Source: Azolla caroliniana
Lineage: Eukaryota; Plantae; Polypodiophyta
Length of the DNA stretch: 64,000 nucleotides
Direction of reading: 5' to 3'
Assembly: GCA_043228905.1 (NCBI GenBank)
Contig: JBHGNT010000022.1
Location: 10,230,001-10,294,000 of the forward strand
Positions 1 through 14,600 of this stretch are shown here, in pieces. The notes beneath the pieces are model-generated. The model had not been told where the DNA came from, did not search any database, and worked only from the letters and a program-made list of their open reading frames with translations. A program made the position numbers and the translations under genes. Positions within the stretch are counted from its first letter, which is position 1. Each line of letters starts with the position of its first letter.

Positions 1-333
1 GAGTACATGGCAGTTGTGGAAGCTAGCAAGGCGATAATCTGGATGAAGGACTTCATCGGAGAGCTAGGGATCCAATAGGAGGAATATCGGCTCTACTGCG
101 ACAGTCAAAGTGCCATCCACCTTGCAAAGAACCCGTCCTACCATTCCCGGACGAAATATATCTAGCGGAGGTACAACTGGATCCGGGAGAGAGTAGAAGA
201 TTAAGAGTTCGTGCTGACGAAGATCCACATGGAGGAGAACGGGTCGGATATGCTGACCAAGGTGCTGACAACCGACAAGCTGGACGTGTGCTGAAAGCGG
301 ATCGGGCTGGTGAGACATCCCATGCCGGAGTGA
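1..333 (+). mobile_element. 3' end of Ty1/copia pol (RNase H), degenerate, followed by PPT
   Basis: Frame 1 reads EYMAVVEASKAIIWMKDF...LYCDSQSAIHLAKNPSYHSRTK...DMLTK with internal stops; polypurine tract GAAGGGGGAGA precedes TGTTGG at 344. Confidence 0.9.
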
Positions 334-343
334 AGGGGGAGAT

Positions 344-870
344 TGTTGGGACATCGGTCCCTCTGGATGGAATCCGGTGTTGAATGAAGACGACCTGGTG
401 AGAACCGGAAGTGAAGACATATTTGTGAATATGTTTTGAGTAAGCCTATTGAGGCTATATTTGTAAATAGCCCTAAGTTCATGTAAGTATAAATATGACT
501 TAGGGCAAACACTTTGTGATTATTGTTTTTTGTTGTTGTCATATATTGTGTATAACTATTGTACGGAGAGAGAGAGCGAGAGAGGAGATACGGAGTGATA
601 TTTTGTTGTAACCACCGCTTGGCGAAGAAATAGAGCTTGAGGTTGTTGCCTCCGAGTCTCTAACTGTACCTTTCTCATATAGTGTTAGTTCGGAGTGTGT
701 GGTCTCCCGTGGTTTTTCCCATTTAGGGTTTTCCACGTAAACATCCTGTGTACTCTCTTTTGGTGTACATGTATTCATCTCTATTCTCATTTCTGTGTTT
801 AATCCTTAAACGAAGTGATTCAAGACTCGGTTGTGGCCAAGCAATATTCAGTGCTTTTCTGTTCGTCGTC
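344..870 (+). mobile_element. 3' LTR of copia element (same family as LTRs at 40768-41665 and 46482-47054)
   Basis: Starts TGTTGGG after the PPT; shares GGTCCCTCTGGATGG, GAAGACATATTTG, TTTGTAAATAGCC and GGGTTTTCCACGTAAAC with the other two LTRs; right end approximate. Confidence 0.8.
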
Positions 871-874
871 TTCG

Positions 875-1837
875 GCACGGTTTTGGGGATACATATAGTG
901 TGTGACATGATGAAAAACATGTTGTGGCTCTCATAGAGAGATAGGTAACAAGAGCGTTGGAAAAGTTTAACATGGATAAAGCCAAACCCATTGGCTCTAC
1001 ACTACGAGTGAACTTGAAGCTAAATTCTAGTCAGTGTCCGAAGAGTGAGAAGGATAAAGCAAAGATGAAGAAGGTGCCTTATGCTTCAATTGGGGATAGC
1101 TTGATGTATGCCATGGTTTGCACTAGGCTGGATATTGCCTTTGTCATTGGGGTTGTCAACCGATTCATGAGTAATATTGGAAAGGAGCATTGGGTTGCAG
1201 TTAAGTGGATTTTTAGGTATCTCAGAGCCATCTTGAGTGTATGCCTAAGGTATGGTCTCAGAGAACTTATGCTTCACGGTTTTACCGATTCTGATATGTC
1301 AGGTAATGTTGATTCCATCCAATCCACGCCAAGTTATGTGATGAAATATGCAAGGGGAGCTATATCATGGCAATTAATATTGCAAAAGTGTGTGATTGGT
1401 TTTATCAAAAAGGCTGAGTATATGGCTGCAGTTGAGGCCGGTAAGGATTTGATTTGGATGAGAGAATTCTTGAATGAGTTATGAATGATGCAAGACAAGT
1501 TCCTACTTCATTGTGACAATCAAAGTGCAATCCATCTTGCCAAGAATATTGCCTATCACTCTCGGACCAAACACATACAGATAAGGTTTCACTTGTTGTG
1601 AGAGAGAGTAGAAAATGGTGACTTTGCCTTAGTGAAAATCCACACCGATGACAATGGATCAGATATACTAATAAAGACTTTGCCTAAGGAGAATCTTGTT
1701 TCTTGTTGCATGAGAGTGGTTTTGGTGGACTCTCCCATACAGGAGTGAAGGGAGAGTTTGTTGTATTTTGTTTCCCTCCTCATGGGAGAAGCAGTCCAGC
1801 CGAAAGACCGAAAGTACACACACACACACATATATAT
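875..1837 (+). mobile_element. Older copia RT/RNase H fragment with PPT and start of its 3' LTR (LTR begins 1759 and resumes at ~6429-6854)
   Basis: ORF 957-1484 KVPYASIGDSLMYAMVCTRLDIAF...GFTDSDMSG; CDNQSAIHLAKN downstream; PPT GAAGGGAGAG then TGTTG at 1759. Confidence 0.85.
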
Positions 1838-4800
1838 TGTGAAATGCAGATAAAACCAAACCAAACCTGCTTGCCTAGCTTCTTACTTATCGTTCAATTT
1901 ATAGAAGATACAAAGGTACCCATTTTGGACCGGCCTAGCCACCCGCGTCTTAAAAGGGTGTGCTAAAACCGGTGCTGTGTTAAGAGGCATGCACTCGCAT
2001 GAAAGGGACACCACATTTCCCCCATAAGAAAAACAAGGAGTTTAACAACATGGAGAAAGGAGGGCTACTAGAAGATAGGCTCTGGGTAGTATAGGGCTTG
2101 ATACAGGAAACATGAGTAGAGGTGAGTCGGTCGTTGGAATCACGTCAGAGCAAGTAAGTAGTGGATTTGATGGCATGAACTACGGTGAACGGATTGATCC
2201 ATTGGTGCATGAGGGATTCACTGAGGCCACGCCGTCGGATCGGGAAGTAAACAAGGACTTTGGTTCCCTCAACATAAGTCGGGGTAATTCAACCCATGTC
2301 GTAGTGTCGCTTCTGGCGTTCTTGTGTGACTTGTGGATTTCAGGAGCTGGCTTGTCAAAGGAGGGGGAGCATTTGTTGGAGATAGAGCCCCCAAGTGGCA
2401 CTATCCATGTTGGCAGGTTTGGAATGGACGTCAATGGACGATTTTGGTGGGAGCCGAGGGTCGCATCCATAGAGTGCTCGAAAAGGGCTGATCCACTTTG
2501 TCGCATGTACAGATGTATTGCAGGCGTGGGTGCCAAAAGGCAAGATTTGATCTTAGGTTTTGTAGAATGGATCGATGTAAGCGGCAATCTCCTACTTGAG
2601 GGTCTTGTTGAGGCGTTCGGTGAGGCCATTTGTTTGCGTATGGTACGGTGACGTCAGCACTTGTCAGACACCTAGTTGAGTTGCAAGAGCATTGAGGACA
2701 TCCCCATGGAACTAGCAGCCCTGATCAGATAAGAGTTGGATAGGGCAACCATGCTGAAAAATTACCTTCTGCAAGAGTTGGGAGGCAATTGTTGGCGCAG
2801 TGACGTTGGGGATGGCAATAGTTCAAGCCCACTTGGTGAGGTATTCTATTATGACTAGGATGTACTTGTTGCCCCTCGAGGTTTCGGGAAAAGGTCCCAT
2901 GAAATGCCATCCAACCAGCTCGAAAGGTGATGTGACGGTGATGGGCTGGAGCATTCCAGCTGGCTTGCCCGCAGGTTTGATGTGTTGACACAAAGCACAT
3001 TGTTTGATTTAGGTAGAGATAGAGTGTCGTGTGTTGGGCCAGTAATACTTGAGGCATAATTTTTCGAGAACCTTGTGGAAACCCAGATGGCCCGACAATG
3101 GGTGGTCATGATAAAATTGGATATACGTTTGTTGTAGGGCATGAGGGATGTAGAGACGAGGCTTGTGATGCGCTGGAATGAAGAACACGAAGTTATCGTT
3201 GAGCATAAACCACCGTTGTGAGGGAAATGGTTGTAGGGAGCGCAACTGATGGGTAATCTCTTGGATGACCGGGTCATGTTGCTGAAGTGTAGCGAGTTGT
3301 GGCATTGGTAGCGGAAGATCGGATGTCTTAGGGAGAAATTGGATAGCCTCAAAGTCGGCGTGAGAGAGACGAACAGGAGACCAAATTGGTTGCACCTTTT
3401 CGATAGGAGAGGGTAAAATGATAATCTTGGAGTGCTAACGTCCATCGCAACAAGCGGCCCGAGGGGTGAGGTCGATGGATAAGAGAAAGCAAGGGCTAGT
3501 GGTCAGTCTCAACCATAACTTGTCCACCATGAAAGAAAGACCAGACGATCGCAAGTAGCTCCTTCTCGGTGGTTGAGTAGTTGTGTTCAACCAACGTGAC
3601 AGTGTGGCTAATGAAGGCAACCGCCTTTTCTTGCCCATGGCAATCGGCTTGCAAGAGGATGGCTCCTAACCCATGGTTTGATGCATTTATCTGCAACGTG
3701 AACGGTTGGTCAAAGTTAGGATGGGCGAGCAACCCCGATTCCTAGACCATGGTTTAGTGGTTTAGAGGCGATGAAAGTTATCTTCGCAAGAAAGATCCCA
3801 AATGAATGACACACCTTTCTTCAAGAGTTGGCGAATGGGAAAACTGACCAAGGCGAGGTTCGGGATGAAGCGAAGGGAAAACATGATCATGCCCAAAAAA
3901 CGTTACAATGATTTTATTGAGGTGGGGCGGGGGTAGTCGGTGATGGCTGCCACCTTTGCAAGGTCCATACGGATTCCGTCGCCAGAGATGATGAAGCTGA
4001 GAAAACGGAGGCTGGTGCTTCCCCATCAACACTTCTTCCATTGGAGTTGCAAGTTATGCGTAGTTATGCAAGCGAGGTCTTCAGCGAGAGTTTGTAGATG
4101 GTCCTCCCAAGTGGCCATGTGGATAAGAGTGTCACTGAGATAAACGAGAATGACACCTTTGCTTATAAGAGTGGCGAAGATGGAGTTTGCCATGCGTTGG
4201 AATGTGTTGTTGGCATCTGACAGGCCAAACGACATGCGCGTAAATTGGAATAGCCCTTGGCATGTACAGAATGCGGTCTTGTGGGCGTCAGAAGGCTTTA
4301 GGGGGATCTCCCAATATCCCGAGGATAAGTCCAGGGAGGTGAAATAACGGGAGCCACCGATTTGATCCAAGAGGTCGTCCACGCGAGGGAGCAGGTAGAG
4401 GTCATGGATAGTCACATTGTTGAGAGGCCCGAAGTCAATGCAAAAGTGGAAGGTGCCATCATCCTTCTTGACTAGGTGGGGTTCCGAAACCCAATTGCTA
4501 GTGAAAGGAATGATAATACCTTTGGTGAGCATGTAGATGAAGGCAACATCGATGTGATCATGGTCGAGGGGGGAACATCGGCGGGTAGCCATGTGGATCG
4601 GAGTGGCTTCCCGATACGAATGGCATGTTGTACCGACAAAGAGACAGTAGGAGCATGTGTGGGTTGGAGGGTTAGTGATGGAAAACGAGCTAATAATTGG
4701 TGGATGGAGACCAATCGCTCCTGTGGACTAAGGGCCACCTGGACTTGGATAAGGTGGGGGACAGGAGAGACCTATGGTATAGAAGGGGGATAGGGGGAGC

Positions 4801-6425
4801 ATGTGGGACAATAAGTTTAGGGGCATTGAAGTCAATCACAACGCGGCGCTTGAGGAACCAATCACAACCTAAGGTGAGGAGGAAGAGTTGGTGGGGCAAG
4901 ACATAAAAGTGGTCACCGTGTGAGAAGGTGAGAGTGCCTAAGGTGAAGGTGCGGTGGGCTTGCGTGCGAGAGTAGTAAAAATGTTGATGATTGCCAAAAA
5001 GGACTTGGATGGAAGGAGCGGTGGATGTGGGGAGACCTAATTGGTGAAGTAAGGCGGTGCTAATGGAAGAGATACTACTACTAGAGTTTAACAAGATGGT
5101 GTGGGTGCAATGATTAATGGTGGCAAGAGCAGTGCATACCGGCGAACTAGAAGAGGCAGGCGCTTCAATGTAGAGGGTTGGCTCTTCCATCAGCACCCCG
5201 AAAATCAATTTCCCGGAAGCTCAGCCAACGATGCCACATTAAGCATAGTTATCTGGTCTTGTTGCTTGTGAGACTGTTGTTGCAATTTCTAGCAGTGACA
5301 TCGGACGTGTCCATAATTGTTGCAATAGAAACACTTCGGGCGCCCTTAGCCATCACAATTGGGAAGGTTGCGGCGAGCCTGCAGTTGCATGTTTTGGACA
5401 TCAATGTCCATGGGGTCTGCACCTTAGTATTGGGCGCGCAAGTCGGTTGATGATGGATGGGGCCAACATGGTTGGGAGTTGGATAACGTACAAGCTTGGA
5501 TGTGTTGGGCAATGAGGATGGCGTCATTGAATGTCTTGGGACATTGGTTCTGAGCATGGCAAGTGATTTCATGGCACAAACGAGGCCATAAGAAGAAAAG
5601 CTTCACATGCTCGGGCATGGTAGGGTCGGCACGAATGAGGAGTTGATGAGGCGAACACCAAATTGGCCCATGGGTTCATGTGCTTGTTGTTGCAACGTTT
5701 CGAGTTGTTGTAACGTCGTTTGGGCCGAATTTTGATGGGCAAAGTTTTGCACGAGGAGTTCTCGGAGGATCACCCAATTCTCTGTCACATCGCTTGATTG
5801 TTGCACGTACCAGGTGGCAGCGACATTTTCAAGCAGGGTATGAACTTCCAAAGCTTTGCGCTCATCAGACCATCGATTGTAACTAGAGATCATCTCAAAG
5901 TGGTCCAACCAGGCTAAGACATCCTCGGAAGGCAAGCCCGAAAAGGACTTCGGGTGCACCTTGGAATCTGGCTGATCTTGAGTGCGGTCGTTGTTAGCGG
6001 AGAGGAATGACATCATAGCTTGATTTGTGTGGTTGATTTGAAGCATGGCATTGGAGAGGAGTTGGAGGAGCTGCTCCATTTGGAAAGGGGGTGGTGGTTT
6101 GTGAGGTTGCAAGAACTCGGGCTCCATCGGGGTATTGGTGTTTGAGGCGACAGGAGGGAATTCGGATGCCATGAACGAGAGGTGGTCATGGCTAAATTTT
6201 ACCCTGTTTCTCCACCAATTATGTGAAATGCACATAAAAGGAAACCAAACTAGCTTGCCTAGCTTCTTACTTATCGTTCAATTTATAGACGATACAAAGG
6301 TACCCATTTTGGGCCGGCCTAGATACCTGCATCCCAAAAGGATGTGCTAAAAGGGTGGGCTAAAACCGGTGGTGTGCTAAAGGGGTGGTGTGTTAAGAGG
6401 CATGCACTCGCATGAAAGGGACACC

Positions 6426-6428
<3 letters not shown>
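1838..6428 (-). mobile_element. Complete but decayed Ty3/gypsy element with very short LTRs (1838-2015, 6222-6428), inserted in a TA microsatellite
   Basis: Direct repeats TGTGAAATGC...GGGACACCACA; ATAT on both flanks; minus-strand gag (5603-6235), protease (4690-5208), RT (4026-4592, FTSLDLSSGYWEI), RNase H (3496-3732), integrase (HDHPLSGHLG, KYYWP); PBS TGGTGGAGAAACAGGGT (6217-6201); PPT ATGGGGGAAA next to 2015. Confidence 0.9.
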
Positions 6429-6503
<75 letters not shown>

Positions 6504-6518
6504 TGTATGTATATATGT
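6429..6518. repeat. (AT)n-(ATGT)n compound microsatellite
   Basis: Directly visible. Confidence 0.95.
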
Positions 6519-6854
6519 AGTTGATAGCTTTTGCTTAGCAGTATTTGGTGCATAACAAACAAAGCGAAAAGGGGGAGCGGCTTTAGAAGACCGTACAGGT
6601 ATAGTGGCACCCGATTCTGATCTATCTGGATCTACGGCCATATATCTCTGAGTGGACAAACTCTTCTAATAAGGTTCTATTGTTTTATTGTTTTCCTTCC
6701 AAGTTTGTTGCCTTGATGACTAGGTATTCCTCTACTAATATCTAGAGAGTTTGTAATCACATGTACACTCGGTTCTTAGTGCAAAATTTTGGTACCTTGA
6801 AGGTCCCGTGGTTTTTCTTAATCTGGGTTTTTCACATTAAAATCCCCTGTGCTC

Positions 6855-9710
6855 TGTTAGATGGATGGATGAGCCGGATCAGGGAGATGGGTGGGAGAGC
6901 TGGATTCGAGCGGGAACCGGAAGCCTAATAGTAGCCTAGACTACTAGGTAATCATTGTCTCGTAGTTAGTGTCAGTCGCACGTAGGAATATTGAAGTACC
7001 TGTCAGTCCTTTATGGACTTGTATAAATAGTGTTGTTTAGCACGATATATGTACAGAGTTTTAGAGCTATTATTGAATAGACTTTATGTTCTACTCTCTC
7101 TGTCTCTCCCGTGTATCCTCTCTGTGTTAAGCTTCTCCATTAAACCTTCATCTTATTCTCTGTTGCTATCTAGCTGAGCCGGTTCTGTCTAACGCTTCCA
7201 CACATTAACTTTAACAGGGTATCAGAGCGTGAGGGTTGAGAAACTCTGTAGCCGACACTTGCTTTGGTAGATGAACCCTAGAACTCGGCAACAACATACA
7301 GAGAGAAAAATATGGACAGAGGTATGGCGAGTTCACTTCCAACAAAGAAGCTCGACTGGAGTAACTATGCGTCTTGGTCATATAAAATGCACCAGTACTT
7401 GCTGGGGCATGGATATTGGAGCTTCGTGGAAGGAGCAAATGAGGTAGCACCAGAGCTGACACACGGTGACATCCTGGTATGGGAGCAAGGAGTGAGTCGG
7501 GTACTGTACTGTCTCGCGTCCGGTGTGCATGATCAGATGCTCAGCTACATCAAGGATGCAAAGACATCAAAGGAGGCATGGGAAAATCTACGGAAGATTT
7601 TTGTCGCGAGTACCACAGCCCGTAAGTTGCAGCTCCGGCAAGAGTTGAACAACATCCGGCAAAGAGACATGTCGGTTACGGATTACACCACCAAGATAAA
7701 GGAGATTTGTGATGCGCTTGGGTCCATCAAAGTGACGGTGGACGAAGACGAGATGGTCCAGATTTGCCTCGGTGGTCTAGCGCAAAGGTACGGGCCAATC
7801 CGGACAGCGATGTGCACCCGGAGAAACCACACCACCGTCTTTCTTCGACTTGCAATCGATGTTGATGGCCGAAGAAAACCACACGAGTGGGTCAAGGACC
7901 ACTCAATCGGATGGCAGGATGCTGTACACGGAGACAGATCGGCCCCATGGATGTGGTGGACGAGGTGGGTCGGCACACAATGGAGGAGGCCGGCAAGAGC
8001 ATGACCGAAGGCACAGAGGTAGTGCCGATAGCAATTCCGGACCCTCCACAAGTAGGGGGAGTCAAAGCGGCGCCAGGAACCGGCAAGGAAAAGCCGACAC
8101 GGAATGTTGGTACTGTGGCAAAAAGGGCCACAGGGAAAGCAAGTTTTGGAAGAAGCACCTCGATTCAGGCAAATCCGGATCTGGCAAGGCCGTTCGAGAA
8201 AACCGGCAAAGCTCGCACTACACGGCAGGATCGGAAGGATCCGGAACCGGGAAAACCGGTAAAGGACCATCCTTCGCGATGGAGCACAAGGCTAACTTGA
8301 TGAAGAAGACTAATTCCAAATCGGAGGAAGTATGGTACGTTGATTCCGGAGCGTCCAACCACATGACGAGCCATAAAGAGTGGTTCTCGTTTTTGGAGAA
8401 ACCGGTACAACCGGGGATTGTCGAAACCGGAGACGACACCCCTCACCCGATTGTGCATGTCGGAGAAGTCCCTTTAAGCCATGTCAGACAAAAGGGGAAG
8501 TTGATGAACGTATTACACGTTCCGACTATCACAAATAGTCGACCAGGGGATGCAGGTGCGGTTTACGTACATCGGGTGCTTCATCGAGGAAGAAGGCCGG
8601 ATAATCACGCAAGGGTGCAAAGAAGGGAGGATGTTCATCCTCAACATCAACACTAATGACGTCGGCACCACCATGTTTGCCAAAGGATAGAAGATTGAAT
8701 CGGACATCAATCTCTGGCATTAGCGGATCGGCCACGTCAACTACCGGAGGCTTCAGGATTTGGAATCGAATGAAATTGTTTTCGGTTTGCCGAAATCCAG
8801 TGGCCGGAAGGCCCAAATATGTGAAGCCTGCCAACTCGAGAAGCAACACCGGCTTCCATTCCCCACCGAACGAAACCGGAGCTGTAACAAGCTCGATCTA
8901 ATCCATTCGGATGTATGGGGATGACACAAAACATTAATCTTGGCGGGAGTCAATATTTCTTCTCATTCATCGAGCACTACAGCCGACAGACATGGATCTA
9001 CCTCATCGAGAGGAAGAGCGAAGTCTTCGAGTGTTTCCGGAACCTTCAAAACTTGGTTGAACCGGAAACGGAGAGGAAGATCAAGTGTGTGTGGTTAGAT
9101 GGCGGAAAAGAATACTTTTCCGTCCAATTCAATAGTTATCTGCAGCAGAACGGAATTTGGAGAGAATTCAGCTACAGATACATACCGGAGCAAAACGATG
9201 TGGCTGAAAGGAAGAACCAGTCAATTGTCGACGCAGCAAGGGCAATGCTAGAGGAGAAGAGCATGCCCCAATTCTACTAGGGTGAGGCGGTCCAAACGGA
9301 CATCTACATCCAAAACCGGATTGGTGACAAGGTGTCAGCACACGAGCTGTATTTCGGGCGCAAGCCGAATTTTAGACACCTTCGGATATTCGGTAGCATA
9401 GCATATGTGCATGTACCAGATGAGAAGCGGAGGAAGCTGGATCCGAAGTCGGAGAAGTACATCCTAGTCAGCTACTCACATGAGCAAAAGGGGTATAAGT
9501 GTTATAACCCCCGGACTAAGCAGGTCCGAGTAAGCTGAGATGTCGAGTTTGATGAGACGGCATCATGGTACTCTTTACTGACTCCAACTCCCGACGAAGA
9601 CCTAATTCCGAAAGATGAGGCTAGTGAGCCCGAGGAGGTCTAGATAGAAGATGATGAGCTTGAGACTCTAAAAGAAAGTCTAGAATTGTTTCAGTTGAGC
9701 GGACCGACGA
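6855..9710 (+). mobile_element. 5' part of Ty1/copia element (LTR 6855-7216, PBS-Met, gag-PR-integrase), truncated before RT
   Basis: TG...CA LTR; GGGTATCAGAGC (tRNA-iMet PBS with one change); gag ORF 7312 (KLDWSNYASWSYKM), zinc knuckle CWYCGKKGH, WYVDSGASNHM protease, integrase fragments 8915-9538. Confidence 0.9.
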
Positions 9711-11642
9711 GTAGTGGAGACTCTGTCGTGCTCTCCACGCGCGAGGAACCGAAGCCTCATGCATCATGGCGCGTGCTATCTCGAGTATTTGCTGATTCTT
9801 CCTTTCAACTACTCCATTTTGTTGGGGTGTGTGTTGGCATGAGAATTCTCTACGAATGCCTTCACTTTGGAGGTAGGAGGTGAATTCGTCGGAGAAGTAC
9901 TCCTTGCTAGGAATTTAATAGCCCGAGGATAATCTCTTAAGTTTTACAAATTTATTACAATTATGCAATTAACTTATATGAGATTACAAGGGCATACCAT
10001 GTGATGTATAAGCTTCATGTATATGTACATATCATTTACATTCTTATTCTATGGGCTACTTAAAAAATGTCAACTTAATCACTTTGTGGCAATTCACCAT
10101 CTTTTTCAATTGGATAGGTTTGTAGCGGTATGACCAATTTGGATATTTCATCAACAACCTATTCTTGACTTTCATTTCTTCAATTTTTCTTTCAGATAGT
10201 CTTTATGTTTGTAGGGAGAGTGAGCTTACTTATCTTTTCTTCTAGTTGTGCTACATTGGCATTCTTAAATATTCCCATTCTCCAAGGAATTTATAGAGCC
10301 ATCATGAAGCAACTGTAATTATAATACATTGTATCTTTTGAATTCTTTTTCCTTCACTTGCAAGTTGCATCTATACTTTATGATCTATATAATTGCTAGA
10401 AAGTTTGCTTGTATTTTTGTCGTCCATGCATGAATATCAGAGGTCATGGCTTTGCAATTTAATAAAATGTTGAAAATTTGAGTAGTCCTATAGAAGTGCC
10501 AAAAACTCTAAGCATTACTCTTTGCTTAAAGTAGCACGTTCCCTATCATTGCATTAATAACATAACATAATGTCATTGCCAAAAAGTCAAATCATTTCTT
10601 CTTTTGTAAACCATCATTGCAAATCTTAGTCTGACTACTAAGTGGCAAATCTATTTCTAGTGGAGAATACTTCTCAAACATAGCAAGTAGTATATATGTG
10701 TATTATATGAAAGTTTGTTAACAAGGGATGTAGCTTTGAGATTAATAAAATATTAAAGTTACTAGGGCATATGTTTGTGTGTTTCTTTAGAGTTATATCA
10801 TGGAAAGCATAGTTCTAGCCATATTTCCCATTCGTGGCATACTCATACGTGAATATTCGTATCATACTCATACGTACTTGATGGCTTGAAATGGCTTCAA
10901 TTATGATTGAAAACCATTCTTCTATATTTTTATATATTTTTATTTTTATTATTCTAAAATTTTACAACTTGTAGGTAGTAAGGAATGATAATTGAAGAGA
11001 TTAAGGAAATGCCCAAATCAGGTTGCGAAGGGGAAGGAGAAGTCGTGTGAATACTCCATCAAGCTTCGGAATAGGTGTATATGCTATTCCATCTTATTAC
11101 TAAGTTACATTACCAAGTCTATTGAATTTTAAATTAATTGGGTACTAATATATTTTAGACTTTGACTTATAACAATATTGCTTGTTATAAACAAAAGGGG
11201 TGAACCGGGGATGTGTACCATGCATTTTACAAGATGTGCTCACAATGTATGCATTATTTCTTGGGAGCTAAGTCAAAGAGTATTTCATGTGTTGCCCAAA
11301 GACACTTTTGATCTTCATATATCATTTGGTAAGTTTGAGAATATCAAGGCACATATAAACCACAATTGTAAACCTCTATTCTCTATAACATAGTTTGCCT
11401 TTGAACTTGGAGGTCGGGTGCAATGTGATCAATTTTACAGTTTCAAATAACATTTCACATTGGTTTACACGAATTAGACACTCATAATATATGCACCCAA
11501 TCTATAACCTATCATAATATTCACATAATAGAAATCATCATTCAAATGAGGAGTAGAGTCAGGAAGACAATATGCTACTAGAACTAACAACAAACACAAT
11601 GTTCTTTGAGATAGTAATTGCTAGCCAAATGTAGTTATTATC

Positions 11643-14600
11643 TTTTTTTTTTAGTAACACTTTTATTACTAGTGGGAAACCTCAAAGTGATGTGAAAACC
11701 CACAAAGAATAAAAGAAAAATATACAAGTGTGGATTAGACACTAAAGAGCTTAAAAGCACTCAAAGCAAAGGTTGTAAATTTGGAGTGTGATGTCTCTAA
11801 GTTGTAGACAATCAAATAGAGATTTCCTGATGGATTACTTAAAGAAGCTAACTTCAAGTAGTTGGTTTCGATCAAAGACCTTATTATTGCGGACTGTCCC
11901 AATGGTCCAAAGTGCCCAAAATCGTGTCCATTGGAGAAAATAGGCATTGTCGGATAGGGCGCATGGAATTTATCCAAATATCCGAAAGTGTTTACCAAAC
12001 CTTCGGCTAGGAAATCTATGATAAAGAGATGCACTTAGTCTTTGTACAAATGTTGTAGTGAATGAACAAGTCCATAATAAGTGTGGGACTGTTTCCAATC
12101 ATCCACCACATCTTGCACAACGCGGCGAGGCTATCGATCGCTTTTGAAGATTCGACCCAATTGGGAGCACACCCAATAAGCATCTCCATAGGAATACCTG
12201 TTGGTTAAGTGGAAGACCAGAGCTCCATAAGCTTGCAAGCCTATTATTCCACCAGGACTGCGTTTTGTGTAGGCTCCATAATGCATTTGCATGTTTGTGA
12301 AACCATGGGATAGGTTGCAAACAACATATACACTAAATGTGTTGTAATGTTATACGTTGGAATAACAATGTTCCCTTTTTGTAACATCCAATCCTGAATC
12401 CTGCGATCTCCATTGAGAGGTGGCACAGGTACTAAGGAAAGCACCAACTCAATGACTTAATTCCATATAACGTGATGATGTGGCCCAAGATTATAACGAC
12501 ATGTCATGTCATTGAAGTGCAATAAGTGACATTGGTCATTTACCACATCTGCAATTGATTTCAGCCCCTTCTTTGCTAAAAAATAAGCTTTCCTAGGCTC
12601 TTGTTCAGCTAATGACTATGGGAATATAACACTCCAGTGTAAGATTTTGAGGCATAAAGAGTTCGCTGATTCTGAATTCCTACCTCTCCATTTTATGTGG
12701 TGCAATACGTCCTTCCAGTGCTTTAGAATCTTTGAGCTAAACGGACAACCTTTGACACTCAATCGTGGAGTGCATATCTTCTCAAGTGATAGGAGTCGTA
12801 TACCTCTATACGACTGGCTAGAGCACCAAAAGTTGCTTATAATTTCTGAGTTAATCTTTTTTATCATGTGTTTCGGCCAATCAATCATAATTAGGTAATA
12901 CTGCATATAAGCCATGATGAATATTGATTGCACTATCCTCAATCTTACATGGCGTGGCCATGTTGCAATCTTCCAATAGCTTAGCTTTTGTCTCACTTTT
13001 TGTAGAACCCATTCAACCTTTCTTTTCCCTGTTGCATTCCATCCCAATGGATAGCCAAGATGTCTAACCATTTCATTTGGGCTTACAACCTAACCTAGCC
13101 ACAAAAGTTGATGTCAACTATATGGCGTCAAGGGTAGAAGTTTGGACTTGTTGAAGTTATCATGCAATCTAGCAGCCAATCCATACAATTTGAGGGCATC
13201 CATAATCACCCTCATATCATTTGGATTGTTTTGTGATAGGAATGATGTATCATCTGCATATGCTTGAGCCACGAAATCATGCTTGTCTTTCATTTGCAAA
13301 CCATGAAGTTGACCAATTGATACTAGATGATCCATGTACAATAGTAGTGGATGAGTTGCGATTGCATATAACAATGCACTTACAGGACAACCTTGTCATA
13401 CTGATTTGGCTAAGCTCCATGAATATGTCAATTCACCCTCAATAATGCATAAAGATGTGCTAGACCCATAAAGCCAATAGATTACTTGAGACATTTTTGG
13501 ACCAAATCCTAGTTTGACCATTGTGGCTGCCACAAAATCCCATTGGATGGTGTCAAAGGCCTTTTCAATGTCAATTTGCATGAGCAATACATCTTGTTTG
13601 GTGTATTTGGCATACTCCATTCCGATATAAGCATTAGCAATATTATCGGTAATTTGCCAGTTCGAGGAATGAACCCATACTAGTTTACGTGTATGCATCC
13701 CAACAAAGTGTCCTTAATACGATTAGCAATTATCTTTACAATAAGTTTGTAGATCACTGGCATGAGAGTGATTGGTCACCAATCCGAAAAAGATTCACAC
13801 AGTTTCTTTTTGGGTATTAATTTGACCAAACCTTCTTTCCATGAGATCGGCATATCCCATTGTTGCCAAGCATTATTTTCCATAGATAGGATTAAATCCT
13901 TAAGAACATCCCAAATTTATGTAATGAACTCTAACGTAATACCATCCCAACCAGGTGCTTTGCCTTTCCCGAGGCCCTTTCGAGCCTCCAAGAGCTCCTC
14001 CATTGTGAATGTTGCATCCAAAGCAATAACTTTATCAACACAAATAGTGGGTTGAAATAGTGACAAGAATGTATCTCTAGCTTGTTTAACTGCATCTGTA
14101 ACAATGACATTGTTCTCAAAGATGTGAGAAAAGTGAGTTACACATTCCTTGGCTAGTTCAAGTCAGGTTGTAGTCCACAAACCATCACCAGTTTTGATGA
14201 ATTTAATGGATTCCCTTTGGCGTATTAGATGCAACCTTTTGAAGAAAGATTTAGAAGAGCATCATTTTGTCTTTCAATGGAATTTGTCTTGACCTAACTT
14301 GCCATTTTTCCAAAAAAAAAAATTCATGTAGCATCTATGTGTGTTTGGCCATACACAATGCATCCTCTTCATGTAAAGTCAAAGATCTTCTATGTGCTAA
14401 CTCCGTTAGGGCTTGACAAGTAAATTTGGCTTGTTGAGTGTAATCTCTCTGTCTTGGGACATACCACTTCCCATACTCTTGTATTATTGTTTGTAATCTA
14501 TGTACAAAATGTACCCATGCATATATCAACATCTATGTTGACTTCTACATAAAGAGGAGGTATTATGTCATAGACCATCCTCTTGAAGAGTTCATGCTTG

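Noticed and set aside
9900-11600. Possible DNA-transposon remnant in AT-rich interval
   Set aside because: No recognisable transposase motifs or termini could be read
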